Positions 40,975 through 52,448 are shown, counted from the stretch's first letter. The stretch is 64,000 bases of DNA from an uncultured delta proteobacterium (GCA_963696385.1 CAVOKF010000006.1:352001-416000), one strand, 5' to 3'. The notes: generated by a model not told the origin, from the sequence alone. Made by a program: numbers and translations.

Positions 40975-42072
40975 CTACGGATCGGCTGCCGCGCCGAGTT
41001 CGATCCCGATAGCGCGTGCGCAGCGAACGAGTTCGCCCGCCGGGTCGACCGTGTACGCGGCTCGGGGCACCTCGGTGAACGGCACGGAGTCGATCTTGCC
41101 CGATCGGAGCGTGACCATCCGCCCGAAGCGACGCTCGGCACAAAGGTCGGCGGCGTGGGCGCCGAAGCGGCTCGCAAGCAGTCGGTCGGAGGCCGTCGGT
41201 GTCCCGCCCCGCTGCAAGTGGCCGAGTACCGTGACGCGTACCTCGTGGCCGATGTCGCAAGACACGAGTTGCTCCGAGAGCCGTTGCCCGGCGCCGCCCA
41301 ATCGCGCCGGGCGACCCCCGTGCGCCGGCTCGATCTCGCTGGTTTGCCCCCCCCCGGGGCGTGCCCCTTCGCCGATGACGACGATCGAGAAGCGAAGGCC
41401 GAGCGATTCTCGCTCCCGAATCTTCGCCACGACGCGCGCCGGGTCGTAGGCAATCTCCGGGATGAGGACCGCGTCGGCACCGCCCGCGATCCCCGCACGC
41501 AGGGCGAGCCATCCGGCGCTTCGCCCCATCACCTCGACGATCATGACGCGCTGGTGCGCCTCGGCGGTCGAGTGAAGCGCATCGACGGCTCGCGTAGCCG
41601 TTTCGACCGCCGTATCGATGCCGCACGTCTGCTCGGTCGCACCGAGGTCGCCGTCAATCGTTTTCGGAATGCCGATGCAGGGTACGCCGAGATCGCCGAG
41701 GCTCCTGGCGATCGCCATCGTGCCGTCGCCGCCCGCGAGCACCAAGCCGTCGATTCCGTGGGTGGCGAGCGCGCGTATCGACGCCTCCGCTGCGGCCGCA
41801 GGGTTTCCGCCCTCCTTCGCGAACGGATTGCTCCGCGTCGAGCAGCCCAAGATGCTGCCTCCGCGTGGAAGGCTTCCGCGCACGTCCTCGATGCGCAGAG
41901 AAACGATGTCTCCGCGGCCGAGCAGACCCTCGAAGCCGAAGCGGCTGCCGGACACGCGGATCGAACGGTGGGTCGCAGCATGGTAGAAAGCGCGAATCGC
42001 CGCGTTGAGGCCGGGAGCATCGCCTCCGCCCGTCAGAAGGCAGATGTGCAGGTTGCCGCTCGGTGGAGTCAT
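40975..42072 (-). CDS. pfkA: 6-phosphofructokinase (PfkA family, group III-like)
   Basis: TGGGDAPGLNA, GGSILG, GGDGT, PKTID.D, EVMGR, LGHLQRGG.P...DR. Confidence 0.95.
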   Translation of the reverse strand: MTPPSGNLHICLLTGGGDAPGLNAAIRAFYHAATHRSIRVSGSRFGFEGLLGRGDIVSLRIEDVRGSLPRGGSILGCSTRSNPFAKEGGNPAAAAEASIRALATHGIDGLVLAGGDGTMAIARSLGDLGVPCIGIPKTIDGDLGATEQTCGIDTAVETATRAVDALHSTAEAHQRVMIVEVMGRSAGWLALRAGIAGGADAVLIPEIAYDPARVVAKIRERESLGLRFSIVVIGEGARPGGGQTSEIEPAHGGRPARLGGAGQRLSEQLVSCDIGHEVRVTVLGHLQRGGTPTASDRLLASRFGAHAADLCAERRFGRMVTLRSGKIDSVPFTEVPRAAYTVDPAGELVRCARAIGIELGAAADP

Positions 42073-42084
42073 TGGGAGCGGCCT

Positions 42085-42522
42085 TCAACGCTCGAAGCGT
42101 CCGGTCTTTTCGGTGAGCCGGATTCGGAACAGCGTGGTTCGGGCGCCGTGCTGCGCGATACCGTGGACTCGCGGATGCTTCAACGCCGTGGCGCTCGCGT
42201 GCAGCGGACCGAGGCGCGACAAGAGCAGCTCGGCGGCGCGATCCTCGAGCGCCCCGCTCAACTCTTCGTACTGGCCCCAAGCCACCACGCTCGACCAATG
42301 CGAGAGGTCCGAGATGTCGTCGACTTGAAAGCATACGTTCGGGTTCGTCCGCATCGTCCGAATCTTCAACCCGTCCGCCGAATGCGCGTAGGCACACTCG
42401 CCATCGTACGCGTAGGTGATCGGAACGACGTAAGTCCGGTCCTCGGCATGACAGCCGATCCTTGCGACGGTCGCGCGCAGGAGAAGCTGCTCGATTTCGT
42501 CTCGCGTCAATTCTCCGAGCAT
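42085..42522 (-). CDS. Pyridoxamine 5'-phosphate oxidase-like flavin-binding protein (NimA/NimC-like)
   Basis: ARIGC, YVVPITY, G.K...MRTNPNVCFQVD, W.SVV.WG.YEEL, KTGRFE; GGAGG RBS. Confidence 0.9.
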   Translation of the reverse strand: MLGELTRDEIEQLLLRATVARIGCHAEDRTYVVPITYAYDGECAYAHSADGLKIRTMRTNPNVCFQVDDISDLSHWSSVVAWGQYEELSGALEDRAAELLLSRLGPLHASATALKHPRVHGIAQHGARTTLFRIRLTEKTGRFER

Positions 42523-42549
42523 GTCGGGATCCTCCAGCGAAGATTGGAA

Positions 42550-42565
42550 AGCAGGGGTCATACCG
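42550..42565 (-). promoter_or_regulatory. Putative sigma54 promoter for the flavoprotein-pfkA operon
   Basis: Minus strand CGGTATG-ACCC-CTGCT, just upstream of the RBS. Confidence 0.45.
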
Positions 42566-42599
42566 CTCGAACGACTCGGGGGTAGGGGCATTCGGCGCG

Positions 42600-42633
42600 A
42601 TGCAAGACCTGCGCGATACCGCATCCTTTGCAC
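42600..42633. promoter_or_regulatory. Tandem GCA-N5-TGC enhancer-like site between divergent promoters
   Basis: ATGCA-AGACC-TGCGC-GATA-CCGCA-TCCTT-TGCAC. Confidence 0.65.
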
Positions 42634-42686
42634 CGGTTCGGCTCGACGGCGATCGAACATCGCGCGAAATCGGGCCGCGTACCCGT

Positions 42687-42703
42687 TTGGCAAGCTTGGT
42701 GCT
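42687..42703 (+). promoter_or_regulatory. Putative sigma54 promoter for ppsA
   Basis: TTGGCAAG-CTTG-GTGCT. Confidence 0.6.
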
Positions 42704-42717
42704 TCACGACTTGCGCC

Positions 42718-45141
42718 ATGTGGATCAAACAGCTGACCGAGGTAGGGCTTTCGGACGTGTCGAGCGTCGGCGGCAAGAACGCCTCGCTCGGCGAAATGCT
42801 GCGTTCTCTGGTGCCGCTCGGGGTGAAGGTGCCGGACGGCTTCGCCATCACGGCCGACGGTTATCGCCATTTCGTCGACGCGAACGGTCTCGCCGCGCCC
42901 ATTCAGGAAGTGCTCCGCGGCATCCGCAAGGGCGACGTGGACGACCTGGTGCGCCGCAGCGATCGAATCCGCGAGCTCATGACCCGCGCGCCGATGCCCG
43001 CCGATCTGGAGAGTGAGATCTCGCAAGCCTACGACGGGTTGGCGCGAGCAGCCCGGAGCGCCGCGCCGGACGTGGCCGTGCGAAGTTCGGGGACGGCCGA
43101 GGATCTGCCGAATGCGAGCTTCGCGGGGCAGCAGGAAACGTTCTTGAACGTGCGGGGGGCGACGGCGGTGATCGATGCCACCCGCAAAGCCTTTGCTTCC
43201 CTCTTCACTCCGCGCGCCATCCACTACCGCGCGGACATGGGGTTCGAGCACATGCGCGTGGCGCTGTCGGTCGGCGTGCAGCGGATGGTGCGATCGGACC
43301 TGGCGAGTGCCGGAGTCATTTTCACGCTCGACACCGAAACGGGACATCGCGGGGTCGTGCTCGTCACGTCGAGCTACGGTCTCGGCGAGAGCGTCGTTCA
43401 AGGGCGGGTCGTGCCCGATCAGTTCGTCGTGCACAAGGATCGGCTGCGCGCGGGCTTCCGACCCCTCGTAAGGCGCAAGCTCGGCGCGAAAGAGAGCCGC
43501 CTCGTCTACGACGAGACGGGTCATCGGGGCGTGCTGACCGAACGCGTGCCGGAAGACTTGCGGAGCCGCTTCTCTCTCGAGGACGACGACGTGATCACCC
43601 TAGCCCAGTGGGCGCTGCGCATCGAAGAGCATTACTCGAGCATTTCCGGTGAAGACGCTCCGATGGACATCGAGTGGGCCAAGGACGGTCGTACGGGCGA
43701 TCTGTTCATCGTGCAGGCTCGAAGGGAGACCGTCCATAGCCGGCGATCGGCGCCTACGATACGGATGTGCAAGCTGTCGAGCCCGGGTCGAGCCCTCGCC
43801 ACGGGTCTGGCGATCGGCGACGCGATCGCGGTCGGGCGCGCGCGGGTGATTCGCGATCCCAGCCGGCAGGCGGACGTCCAAAAAGGCGACGTCATCGTCA
43901 CGGAGATGACCGATCCCGATTGGGAACCGATCATGAAAATCGCGTCCGCCATCGTCACCGATCGCGGCGGGCGGACTTCCCATGCGGCGATTGTCGCCCG
44001 CGAGCTCGGGATTCCGGCGATCGTCGGGACAGCCGATGCGACGTCGACCGTCACTCACGGCAGTCCGGTGACCGTCTCGTGCGCCGAGGGCGAGACGGGC
44101 CACGTGTACGACGGCGAGCTCGCGTTCACCGTCGAAGAAGTGGACCCGCGGACGCTGCCCAAGCCCCAGACCCAGATCATGCTCAATGTGGGCGATCCGG
44201 ACAGCGCGCTCAAACTCGCCATGCTTCCGTGCGACGGCGTCGGCCTTGCGCGCATGGAGTTCATCTTCGCGAGTTGGGTGGGCGTGCATCCTCTGGCGCT
44301 GACGCGCTACTCGACCCTCACCCCGGAGGTGCGCCGCGAGGTCGATGCGAGGACGGGCGGCGCTGCCGACAAGACCCAGTACTTCATCGATCGCTTGTCG
44401 CAGGGAATCGGCATGCTGGCTGCGGCTTTTTGGCCGCGGCCGGTCATTTTGCGTTTCAGTGACTTCAAGACGAATGAATACGCGCGTCTCGTGGGCGGCG
44501 CCTCGTTCGAGCCGCACGAGGAAAACCCCATGCTCGGCTGGCGCGGTGCCAGTCGCTACTACCATCCAAACTACAAAGAGGGATTCTTGCTCGAGGTGGC
44601 GGCGGTGCGGCGCGTCCGAGAGACCTTCGGTCTGACCAACCTGAAGGTGATGGTTCCGTTCTGTCGCACGCCGGCGGAAGGCGAGCGCGTGCTCCTGACG
44701 ATGAAAGAGGGGGGACTCGTGCAAGGGCAGGCAGGACTCGAGGTCTACGTCATGGCCGAGATCCCCTCGAACATCCTGATGGCGGAGGCGTTCGCGAAGC
44801 TCTTCGACGGCTTCTCCATCGGGTCGAACAATCTCACGCAGCTCACGCTCGGCGTGGACCGGGACTCGATGACCGTCGCTCCGCTGTTCGACGAGCGGAT
44901 TGCCGCGGTCACGTGGTCGTGTGCGCACCTTATCGAGGTGGCTCATGCTCACGGGCGCAAGGTGGGCATCTGCGGCCAGGCCCCGAGCGACTACCCGGAT
45001 TTCGCGGCGCTCCTCGTGGAGGCAGGGATCGACTCGCTGAGTCTCAACGCCGACGCGTTCGCGCGCACGCGAACTCGGATCTTCGAAGTCGAGCAGTCGA
45101 AAAAGGGTCGTGGGGCGACCCTCGGGGGTCAGAGCACGTAG
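42718..45141 (+). CDS. ppsA: Phosphoenolpyruvate synthase
   Basis: [69 protein letters not shown]. Confidence 0.96.
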   Translation: MWIKQLTEVGLSDVSSVGGKNASLGEMLRSLVPLGVKVPDGFAITADGYRHFVDANGLAAPIQEVLRGIRKGDVDDLVRRSDRIRELMTRAPMPADLESEISQAYDGLARAARSAAPDVAVRSSGTAEDLPNASFAGQQETFLNVRGATAVIDATRKAFASLFTPRAIHYRADMGFEHMRVALSVGVQRMVRSDLASAGVIFTLDTETGHRGVVLVTSSYGLGESVVQGRVVPDQFVVHKDRLRAGFRPLVRRKLGAKESRLVYDETGHRGVLTERVPEDLRSRFSLEDDDVITLAQWALRIEEHYSSISGEDAPMDIEWAKDGRTGDLFIVQARRETVHSRRSAPTIRMCKLSSPGRALATGLAIGDAIAVGRARVIRDPSRQADVQKGDVIVTEMTDPDWEPIMKIASAIVTDRGGRTSHAAIVARELGIPAIVGTADATSTVTHGSPVTVSCAEGETGHVYDGELAFTVEEVDPRTLPKPQTQIMLNVGDPDSALKLAMLPCDGVGLARMEFIFASWVGVHPLALTRYSTLTPEVRREVDARTGGAADKTQYFIDRLSQGIGMLAAAFWPRPVILRFSDFKTNEYARLVGGASFEPHEENPMLGWRGASRYYHPNYKEGFLLEVAAVRRVRETFGLTNLKVMVPFCRTPAEGERVLLTMKEGGLVQGQAGLEVYVMAEIPSNILMAEAFAKLFDGFSIGSNNLTQLTLGVDRDSMTVAPLFDERIAAVTWSCAHLIEVAHAHGRKVGICGQAPSDYPDFAALLVEAGIDSLSLNADAFARTRTRIFEVEQSKKGRGATLGGQST

Positions 45142-46448
45142 CGAAGGACGAGATTTTCGAGCATCTCCTGCCGGCCCGAACGGCGTGCCGGCTCGATTTT
45201 CTGGGACAGGACGCGATCGGACAGATCGGCGAGCGACAGGCGCCCGTTCAGGATGTCGCTCCCGAACGGGGTCTCCCAGCCGGCGTATCGCTCGTCCAGA
45301 AATGCCTGCAGCTTGCCGTCGTCGAGCATCCGGTCGGCGATGAGCAGTGCCTTGGCGAGCACGTCGATGCCGCCGACGTGCGCGTGAAAGATGTCCTGCA
45401 AGTCGATGCTCGGGCGCCGAAGCTTCGCGTCGAAGTTGAAGCCGCCCGTCGTGAAGCCACCCGCTTGCAAAATGCGTCGCAATACGAGCGCGAGCTCGGC
45501 GGGATCGTTCGGAAACTGGTCGGTGTCCCAGCCGAGCAGCGTGTCGCCGCGGTTGATGTCGACGCTGCCGAACACGCCGTTGGCGATGGCGTACGCGATC
45601 TCGTGTTCGAACGAGTGTCCGGCAAGCGTCGCGTGGTTCGCCTCGATGTTCAGTTTGAAGTCGCCGCCATCCAAATCGTAGCGCTGCAAAAACGCGAAGA
45701 CCGTCGCCGCGTCGAAGTCGTACTGATGCTTGGTCGGCTCCATCGGCTTCGGTTCGATGAGCAGCGGCCCTTTGAACCCGATCTTGTGTTTGTGCTCGGC
45801 CACGAGCGCCAAGAAGCGCCCGAGTTGATCGAGCTCGCGCTTCATGTCGGTGTTGAGCAGGGTCTCGTAGCCCTCCCGGCCGCCCCAGAGGACGTAATTC
45901 TCTCCGCCGAGCTGCTGGGTGACTTCGAGCGCCTTTTTTACTTGAGCGCCCGCGTAGGCGAAGACGTTGGGGTCGGGATTGGTCGCCGCCCCGGCCAAAT
46001 AGCGGGGGTGGCTGAAGAGGTTCGCCGTTCCCCAGAGAAGCTTGACGCCCGTGCGCTGCATATGCCCGGCCATCACCTCCACGATGCCGTCGAGCGTGGC
46101 ATTCGTCTCCGAAAGGCTCGACGCCTCCGGGGCGACGTCGCGGTCGTGGAAGCAGAAGTAGCGGACGCCGAGCTTTTCGAACAGTTCGAACGCCGCGGCC
46201 GCCTTGTCCTTCGCGAGCGCCACGGCGTCGTCGCCGCGCTGCCAGGCGCGATTGAACGTGCCGGCGCCGAACACGTCGGACCCGTCGCCACAGAGCGTGT
46301 GCCAGTAGCAGACGGCCAGCCGTAACTGATCTTCCATGCGCTTGCCGCGCACGATGCGATCCTTGTCGTAGAAGCGATACGCAAGACCCTCCGCCTCGGG
46401 TCCCCGGTATCGAACGGGTTCGAGGCCTGGAAACGCTGGCTTGGGCAT
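45129..46448 (-). CDS. xylA: Xylose isomerase (class II)
   Basis: [46 protein letters not shown]. Confidence 0.98.
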   Translation of the reverse strand: MPKPAFPGLEPVRYRGPEAEGLAYRFYDKDRIVRGKRMEDQLRLAVCYWHTLCGDGSDVFGAGTFNRAWQRGDDAVALAKDKAAAAFELFEKLGVRYFCFHDRDVAPEASSLSETNATLDGIVEVMAGHMQRTGVKLLWGTANLFSHPRYLAGAATNPDPNVFAYAGAQVKKALEVTQQLGGENYVLWGGREGYETLLNTDMKRELDQLGRFLALVAEHKHKIGFKGPLLIEPKPMEPTKHQYDFDAATVFAFLQRYDLDGGDFKLNIEANHATLAGHSFEHEIAYAIANGVFGSVDINRGDTLLGWDTDQFPNDPAELALVLRRILQAGGFTTGGFNFDAKLRRPSIDLQDIFHAHVGGIDVLAKALLIADRMLDDGKLQAFLDERYAGWETPFGSDILNGRLSLADLSDRVLSQKIEPARRSGRQEMLENLVLRYVL

Positions 46449-46478
46449 GACCGCCTCACATCCTTTTCGGCGCAGATA

Positions 46479-46500
46479 TTAAGGAAACTCAGTTTACCAA
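46479..46500. promoter_or_regulatory. Putative ROK/XylR operator box 1
   Basis: TTAA-GGAA-ACTCAGT-TTAC-CAA between divergent xylA and xylR. Confidence 0.6.
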
Positions 46501-46556
46501 ACACCCGACTCGAAGCAAGCGATCGGGGGCGTCGGTCCCGGGTTGCCCTCGGACCT

Positions 46557-47780
46557 ATGATAGAGTCGCTTTTGTCCGTGCTGGTCAAGGTCGATAGTCA
46601 CGCCATGCGCGAGATGAATCGCGCGCTCGTCCTCGAGATGATCCGGCGGGAGACGACTGTGTCGAGGAGCGACCTGGCGCGCCGCTCGGCCCTGACCAAG
46701 CCAACGGTTTCTTCCATCGTGGACGTACTCATCGGCGAAGGTCTCGTGTGCGAAGTCGGGTTCGGGTCGTCGCACTCCCGGAAGGGCCGACGCTCGCGGC
46801 TTCTCCAATTGAACGATGCGGCAGCGGCATTCTTGGGCGTTCACTTCGGCGTGCGCCACACCTCCATTGCGGTGGCCGACGCGCGCGGCCAGATCCGGCA
46901 CACGGCGACCGTCGAAAGCTTTCGCGGCCGTTTCGAGCAGGCCATTTTAGCGCTGCCGGCCCTGGTGAAGAGCGTGTTCCGCGAGGCGCGGCTGTCGCGC
47001 TCGCGACTCGCGGCCGTCGGCGTCGCCATCCCGGGTCTCGTCGATCAGACGAGCGGCACCTGCGTCTTGGCGCCCAACCTTCGCTGGTTCGACGCGCCCG
47101 TCAAGGACGAGCTCGGGCGGGCCCTGCGGGCGCCGAGCGCCGTCCGCAACATCACACAAGCCGCGGCCATCGCGGAGGGCCGGCTCGGGGCTGCGCGCGG
47201 CAAACGCTCCTTCGTATGGGTGTACGTCGGCACCGGTATCGGCTCCGCCATCGTGGTCGACGGGCGCCTGGTTTACGGCAATAGCGGCTATAGCGGCGAG
47301 CTCGGACACTGCGCCGTGCTCGACAATGGGACGCAGTGCGGATGCGGCGGGTTCGGGTGCCTCGAGACGGTCGCGTCGGGGGCGGCGATCGAGGCGGCGG
47401 CGCGCAGGAGCCGCGCACGAAGCAGCCGGCCGGGCCGGGGTGGGTCGAACCGCGACGCCCAGGCCATCGCGATCGCCGCACGCAAAGGCGATCGCGAGGC
47501 GCGACGCATCCTCGCGCAGGCCGGCGAGTACCTCGGCATCGGCATCTCGTACCTGCTCAATTTGCTCAATCCCCAGATGGTGGTCTTGGGGGGCCGCGTC
47601 ATTCAAGCGGGCGAGTGCCTTCTCGACCCGGTGCGGCAGTCGGTGGCCAAGCACGCCATGCGTAGCGCCGGGGTCCCCATCGTGCCGTCGACCGTCGGCG
47701 ACGACGTGATGCTCAAGGGTGCCGTCCTACTTGCGATGGAAGGGGATCGGGTCGACGGAAACCCGGCGATCGGGCAGTGA
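46557..47780 (+). CDS. xylR: ROK-family transcriptional repressor (XylR-like)
   Basis: N-terminal wHTH (SRSDLAR...LTKPTVS), GVAIPG, GTGIG, GELGH, CGCG..GCLE. Confidence 0.88.
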   Translation: MIESLLSVLVKVDSHAMREMNRALVLEMIRRETTVSRSDLARRSALTKPTVSSIVDVLIGEGLVCEVGFGSSHSRKGRRSRLLQLNDAAAAFLGVHFGVRHTSIAVADARGQIRHTATVESFRGRFEQAILALPALVKSVFREARLSRSRLAAVGVAIPGLVDQTSGTCVLAPNLRWFDAPVKDELGRALRAPSAVRNITQAAAIAEGRLGAARGKRSFVWVYVGTGIGSAIVVDGRLVYGNSGYSGELGHCAVLDNGTQCGCGGFGCLETVASGAAIEAAARRSRARSSRPGRGGSNRDAQAIAIAARKGDREARRILAQAGEYLGIGISYLLNLLNPQMVVLGGRVIQAGECLLDPVRQSVAKHAMRSAGVPIVPSTVGDDVMLKGAVLLAMEGDRVDGNPAIGQ

Positions 47781-47804
47781 AATTGCGCGCGTAAAGGTGA
47801 CCGC

Positions 47805-49268
47805 ATGTTTCTGGGTATCGATTTGGGGACATCCAGCATCAAGGTGCTGCTCGTCGACGACGAGCAGCGAATCGTCGCCGAGGCGAGCGAGCCGCTGACC
47901 GTCGATCGCCCGCGACCGCTCTGGTCCGAGCAATCGCCGGACGCGTGGTGGACGGCTACGGCGAAGGCCGTGGCGCGCCTGCGCGATGCCGCCTCGCCCG
48001 CATTCTCCGCAGTCCGAGGGATCGGACTATCCGGCCAAATGCACGGTGCGACATTGCTCGATTCCGAGCTTCGCGTTCTGCGGCCCGCCATCCTCTGGAA
48101 CGATGGGCGGAGCGGTGCCGAGTGCGAAGAGCTCGAGGCGCGCGAACCGCGCGCGAGAGAGATCACCGGCAACGCCGCGATGCCGGGCTTCACGGCGCCG
48201 AAGCTAGTTTGGGTGGCGCACCACGAGCCCGATGTCTTTGCCCGCACGGCGCACGTGCTTCTGCCCAAGGATTGGTTGCGCTTGAAGCTCACCGGACAGC
48301 TCGTGACCGATCCGTCCGATGCCGCGGGCACGCTGTGGCTGGACGTCGCGCGCCGCCGTTGGTCGGGGCCGATGCTTGCGGCGTGCGGCCTCTCGGAGCG
48401 CGCCATGCCTCGGCTCGTGGAGGGCACAGAGCCGACGGGAACGCTCCGTGCGGAGGTCGCGAGTGCGTGGGGGCTGTCTCCGTCGACCGTGGTCGCGGGC
48501 GGCGGCGGCGACAACGCGGCGGGCGCGGTCGGTGTGGGCGTCATTCAACCCGGTGATGCGCTCCTTTCGCTGGGGACGTCGGGAGTCATCTTCCTCGTGA
48601 CCGACGGCTTTGCCGCGAGCCCTGCCCGTGGCGTGCACGCCTTCTGCCACTGCGTACCCGACCGATGGCACCAAATGTCGGTGATGTTGAGCGCGGCCAG
48701 CTGCCTCTCGTGGCTTTCGACGGCCACCGGCGCGGCGGACGTCGGCGCGTTGCTCGCCGAGGTCGAGGCGGGTCCGGCGCCGCCGGGCGACGTCCTTTTT
48801 CTGCCGTACTTGTCCGGTGAGCGCACGCCGCGCGATCCGAATGCGCGCGGCGTTTTCTTCGGTCTTACCCATGCCACCACGCGTGCGCATCTTGCGCTCG
48901 CCGTCCTCGAAGGGGTCGCTTTCGGCTTTGCCGACGGGTTGCAGGCGCTCAGGGGCGCGGGCGGCGAGCCGCGCGAGATCACGGTCATCGGCGGAGGGTC
49001 GCGCACCCCGCTCTGGACCCGGATCTTGGCCGCCGCGCTCGGCGAGACTCTGCTCGTCCGGGAGCGCGCCGAGCTCGGCCCGGCGTTCGGCGCGGCGCGT
49101 CTCGCGCGGATCGCGCTTACCGGCGAGCCGGTCGAGCGCGTCGCCGTAGCCCCCCCGGTCGTGCGCCGCGTCGAGCCGGACCCGGCGTTGTACGAACCGT
49201 ATCGCGAGCGCGTCGTTCGGTACCGCGACCTGTACGCGCGACTGCGTACGGCGTTCGCGACCGCTTGA
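47805..49268 (+). CDS. xylB: Xylulokinase
   Basis: GIDLGTS, GLSGQMHG, ILWNDGR, LLPKD, GGGDNAA, SLGTSG, PYLSGERTP. Confidence 0.97.
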   Translation: MFLGIDLGTSSIKVLLVDDEQRIVAEASEPLTVDRPRPLWSEQSPDAWWTATAKAVARLRDAASPAFSAVRGIGLSGQMHGATLLDSELRVLRPAILWNDGRSGAECEELEAREPRAREITGNAAMPGFTAPKLVWVAHHEPDVFARTAHVLLPKDWLRLKLTGQLVTDPSDAAGTLWLDVARRRWSGPMLAACGLSERAMPRLVEGTEPTGTLRAEVASAWGLSPSTVVAGGGGDNAAGAVGVGVIQPGDALLSLGTSGVIFLVTDGFAASPARGVHAFCHCVPDRWHQMSVMLSAASCLSWLSTATGAADVGALLAEVEAGPAPPGDVLFLPYLSGERTPRDPNARGVFFGLTHATTRAHLALAVLEGVAFGFADGLQALRGAGGEPREITVIGGGSRTPLWTRILAAALGETLLVRERAELGPAFGAARLARIALTGEPVERVAVAPPVVRRVEPDPALYEPYRERVVRYRDLYARLRTAFATA

Positions 49269-51181
49269 TTGCCGCGAGGACCATGCCGGCGCGCCAGGAT
49301 GCCGAAGGCCCCCGAGCCGGGGGCGTGCGCACGGCCGAAGATCTCGCGTCGCCCTCGATGGGCGGGAAGGCCGGAGCGGCCCAGCACTCGCACGTGAGGC
49401 TCGCCGAGACGCCCCAGGAGGCCGACGACGCGATCCGGGGGTCGTTCCGGCGTTACCTCTGGCCTCTGCTCTATCGCCACCGTTGGCTCATCGCGGCCGC
49501 GATCACGTTGTGCGGGATCCATGGCGGCGCCATGGCTCTGCAAAACCTGTATCCGAAATGGTTTTTTTCGGAGGTCATCGACGCGAAGGGAATCGACGCG
49601 ACCGAGCGGTGGCGGCGGGTGGCGTGGCTAGGCGCCGGTTACCTCGCCGTGTCGGTCGTGATGCGCATGGGCTTCTGGCACCTCGGCTACCGGTTCTTCA
49701 CCTGGGCTCGCGAGCGAATCGTTTTCGGCCTGCGGGCCCAGTTCTTCCGCCACGTCAATCACCTGTGCCTGCGCTTTCACGACCGGCATTCGTCCGGCGA
49801 GCTCTTCAGCTACTTGTTCGGCACACCGCTCGCGAGCCTGATGCAGTTTTTCCAGCACACCTCGGTGCTCGTCCCGGGGTCGGCCGTCACGGTCGTCTGG
49901 ACGCTCGGCGTGCTCTGGTTCTGGGACCCCGCGGTCGGCGGGCTTCTGACGTTCACGTCGATCTGCAGCGTGCTCTTGATGATCGCCTCGCGGCGGCGGA
50001 TCCAGCGCATCCAGAAGGACTATCAGAGCGTGGAAGGCGACGTGAGCGGCCGCGTCGCGGATCTGTTGCGGGGCAACAAGGCGGTCAAGCTCTACGGCAT
50101 GGAAGCGCAAGTCCTCGAAGACTTCGAGCAGCGAGCCCTCATCGTCGGCCGAAAGTCCTACGAGCGTGACGTCCGCGGGCACATCGAATGGATGAAGCAA
50201 GAGGGCTTCGGCTACCTCTGTTACGTCGCACTCATGGCCGTTTGTGCCTGGCGCGCCGATCGCGGCGGGATCGAGACCGGAATCGTCGTCAGCTGCTTCA
50301 CGTCATTTCAGGGTCTGTATGGCCCGCTCCAGCAACTGTTCCAAGCGTTCGTGCTCTGGGGCGGCGCGGCCGCGTCGCTCGATCGCATCGGGCGCGTCCT
50401 CGACACCGCCAGCACGACACCCGACCCCTTCGATCCCGAAAGGACCGTGCCTGCCCGCAGCACGATCGAGTTCGTGAACGTGACGTTCGGCTACGACGTC
50501 GACCGGCCCGTCGTTCGGGATTTGAATCTGGCGATTCCGTACGGGCAGAAGGTCGCATTCGTCGGCCGGTCCGGATCGGGCAAGACGACGCTTGCCGAGC
50601 TCGCGCTGCGCCTTTACGACCCGCATCGGGGCGAGGTGCGCATCGGCGGAACCGACGCCCGTCGTTTCGCGGGATCCAACTTGCGAAGGTCCTTCGGCAT
50701 CGTGCCGCAGGACCCTTTCATCTTCCGTGCGACCGTGCGCGACAACGTGCGAGTCGCCCGACCCGAGGCCTCCGACCTGGCGATCCGCAGGGCCTGCGAG
50801 CTCGCGAATGCGTGGGAGTTCATCGAGCGGCTCCCCGCACAGCTCGACGCTCAGGTAGGGGAGGGAGGCTCTTCGCTCTCCGGCGGCCAGCGCCAACGAC
50901 TCGCCATTGCGCGCGCCCTGCTCGCCGATCCGCCGATCTTCGTTTTCGACGAGGCGACGAGCGCTCTCGACACACTGAGCGAGAAGCTGATCCAAAACGC
51001 GCTCGAAGTGAACCTCGTCGGGCGGACCGCCATCCTCATCGCGCACCGCCTCGCTACCGTGAGGCAGTGCGACCGCATCCTGGTGCTCGATTCCGGACGA
51101 ATCGTCCAGGACGGCAGTTACGACGCGTTGATGGGCACGGGGCTCTTCGGCGATCTCGCGCGAGGTCAGGAACTCGCATGA
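49265..51181 (+). CDS. ABC exporter-type fused permease/ATPase
   Basis: TM domain plus GRSGSGKT, LSGGQRQR, DEATSALD, AHRL; start 49265 or 49283. Confidence 0.92.
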   Translation: MIAARTMPARQDAEGPRAGGVRTAEDLASPSMGGKAGAAQHSHVRLAETPQEADDAIRGSFRRYLWPLLYRHRWLIAAAITLCGIHGGAMALQNLYPKWFFSEVIDAKGIDATERWRRVAWLGAGYLAVSVVMRMGFWHLGYRFFTWARERIVFGLRAQFFRHVNHLCLRFHDRHSSGELFSYLFGTPLASLMQFFQHTSVLVPGSAVTVVWTLGVLWFWDPAVGGLLTFTSICSVLLMIASRRRIQRIQKDYQSVEGDVSGRVADLLRGNKAVKLYGMEAQVLEDFEQRALIVGRKSYERDVRGHIEWMKQEGFGYLCYVALMAVCAWRADRGGIETGIVVSCFTSFQGLYGPLQQLFQAFVLWGGAAASLDRIGRVLDTASTTPDPFDPERTVPARSTIEFVNVTFGYDVDRPVVRDLNLAIPYGQKVAFVGRSGSGKTTLAELALRLYDPHRGEVRIGGTDARRFAGSNLRRSFGIVPQDPFIFRATVRDNVRVARPEASDLAIRRACELANAWEFIERLPAQLDAQVGEGGSSLSGGQRQRLAIARALLADPPIFVFDEATSALDTLSEKLIQNALEVNLVGRTAILIAHRLATVRQCDRILVLDSGRIVQDGSYDALMGTGLFGDLARGQELA

Positions 51182-51190
51182 CCGTCCCCC

Positions 51191-51331
51191 GCGACGGCGA
51201 CCTGCGACCGCGACTTGCGACCGCGACCGCGACCTCGACCGCGACCGCGACTTCGACCGCGACTTCGACCGCGACCGCGACCTCGACCGCGGATGAGCGC
51301 GACCTGCGACTGCGGACGGGGACCGCGACCC
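51191..51331. repeat. Degenerate (G/T)CGACC/CGACTT tandem array
   Basis: About 20 CGAC-core 6-7 bp units between convergent genes. Confidence 0.9.
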
Positions 51332-51338
51332 GCGCCTC

Positions 51339-52448
<1,110 letters not shown>

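Noticed and set aside
45129..45141. 13-bp convergent overlap of ppsA and xylA
   Set aside because: Short tail-to-tail overlaps are common; no added evidence of function
47775..47800. AT-containing stretch between xylR and xylB as a fifth operator
   Set aside because: Does not fit the GTAA-N7-TTAC arrangement
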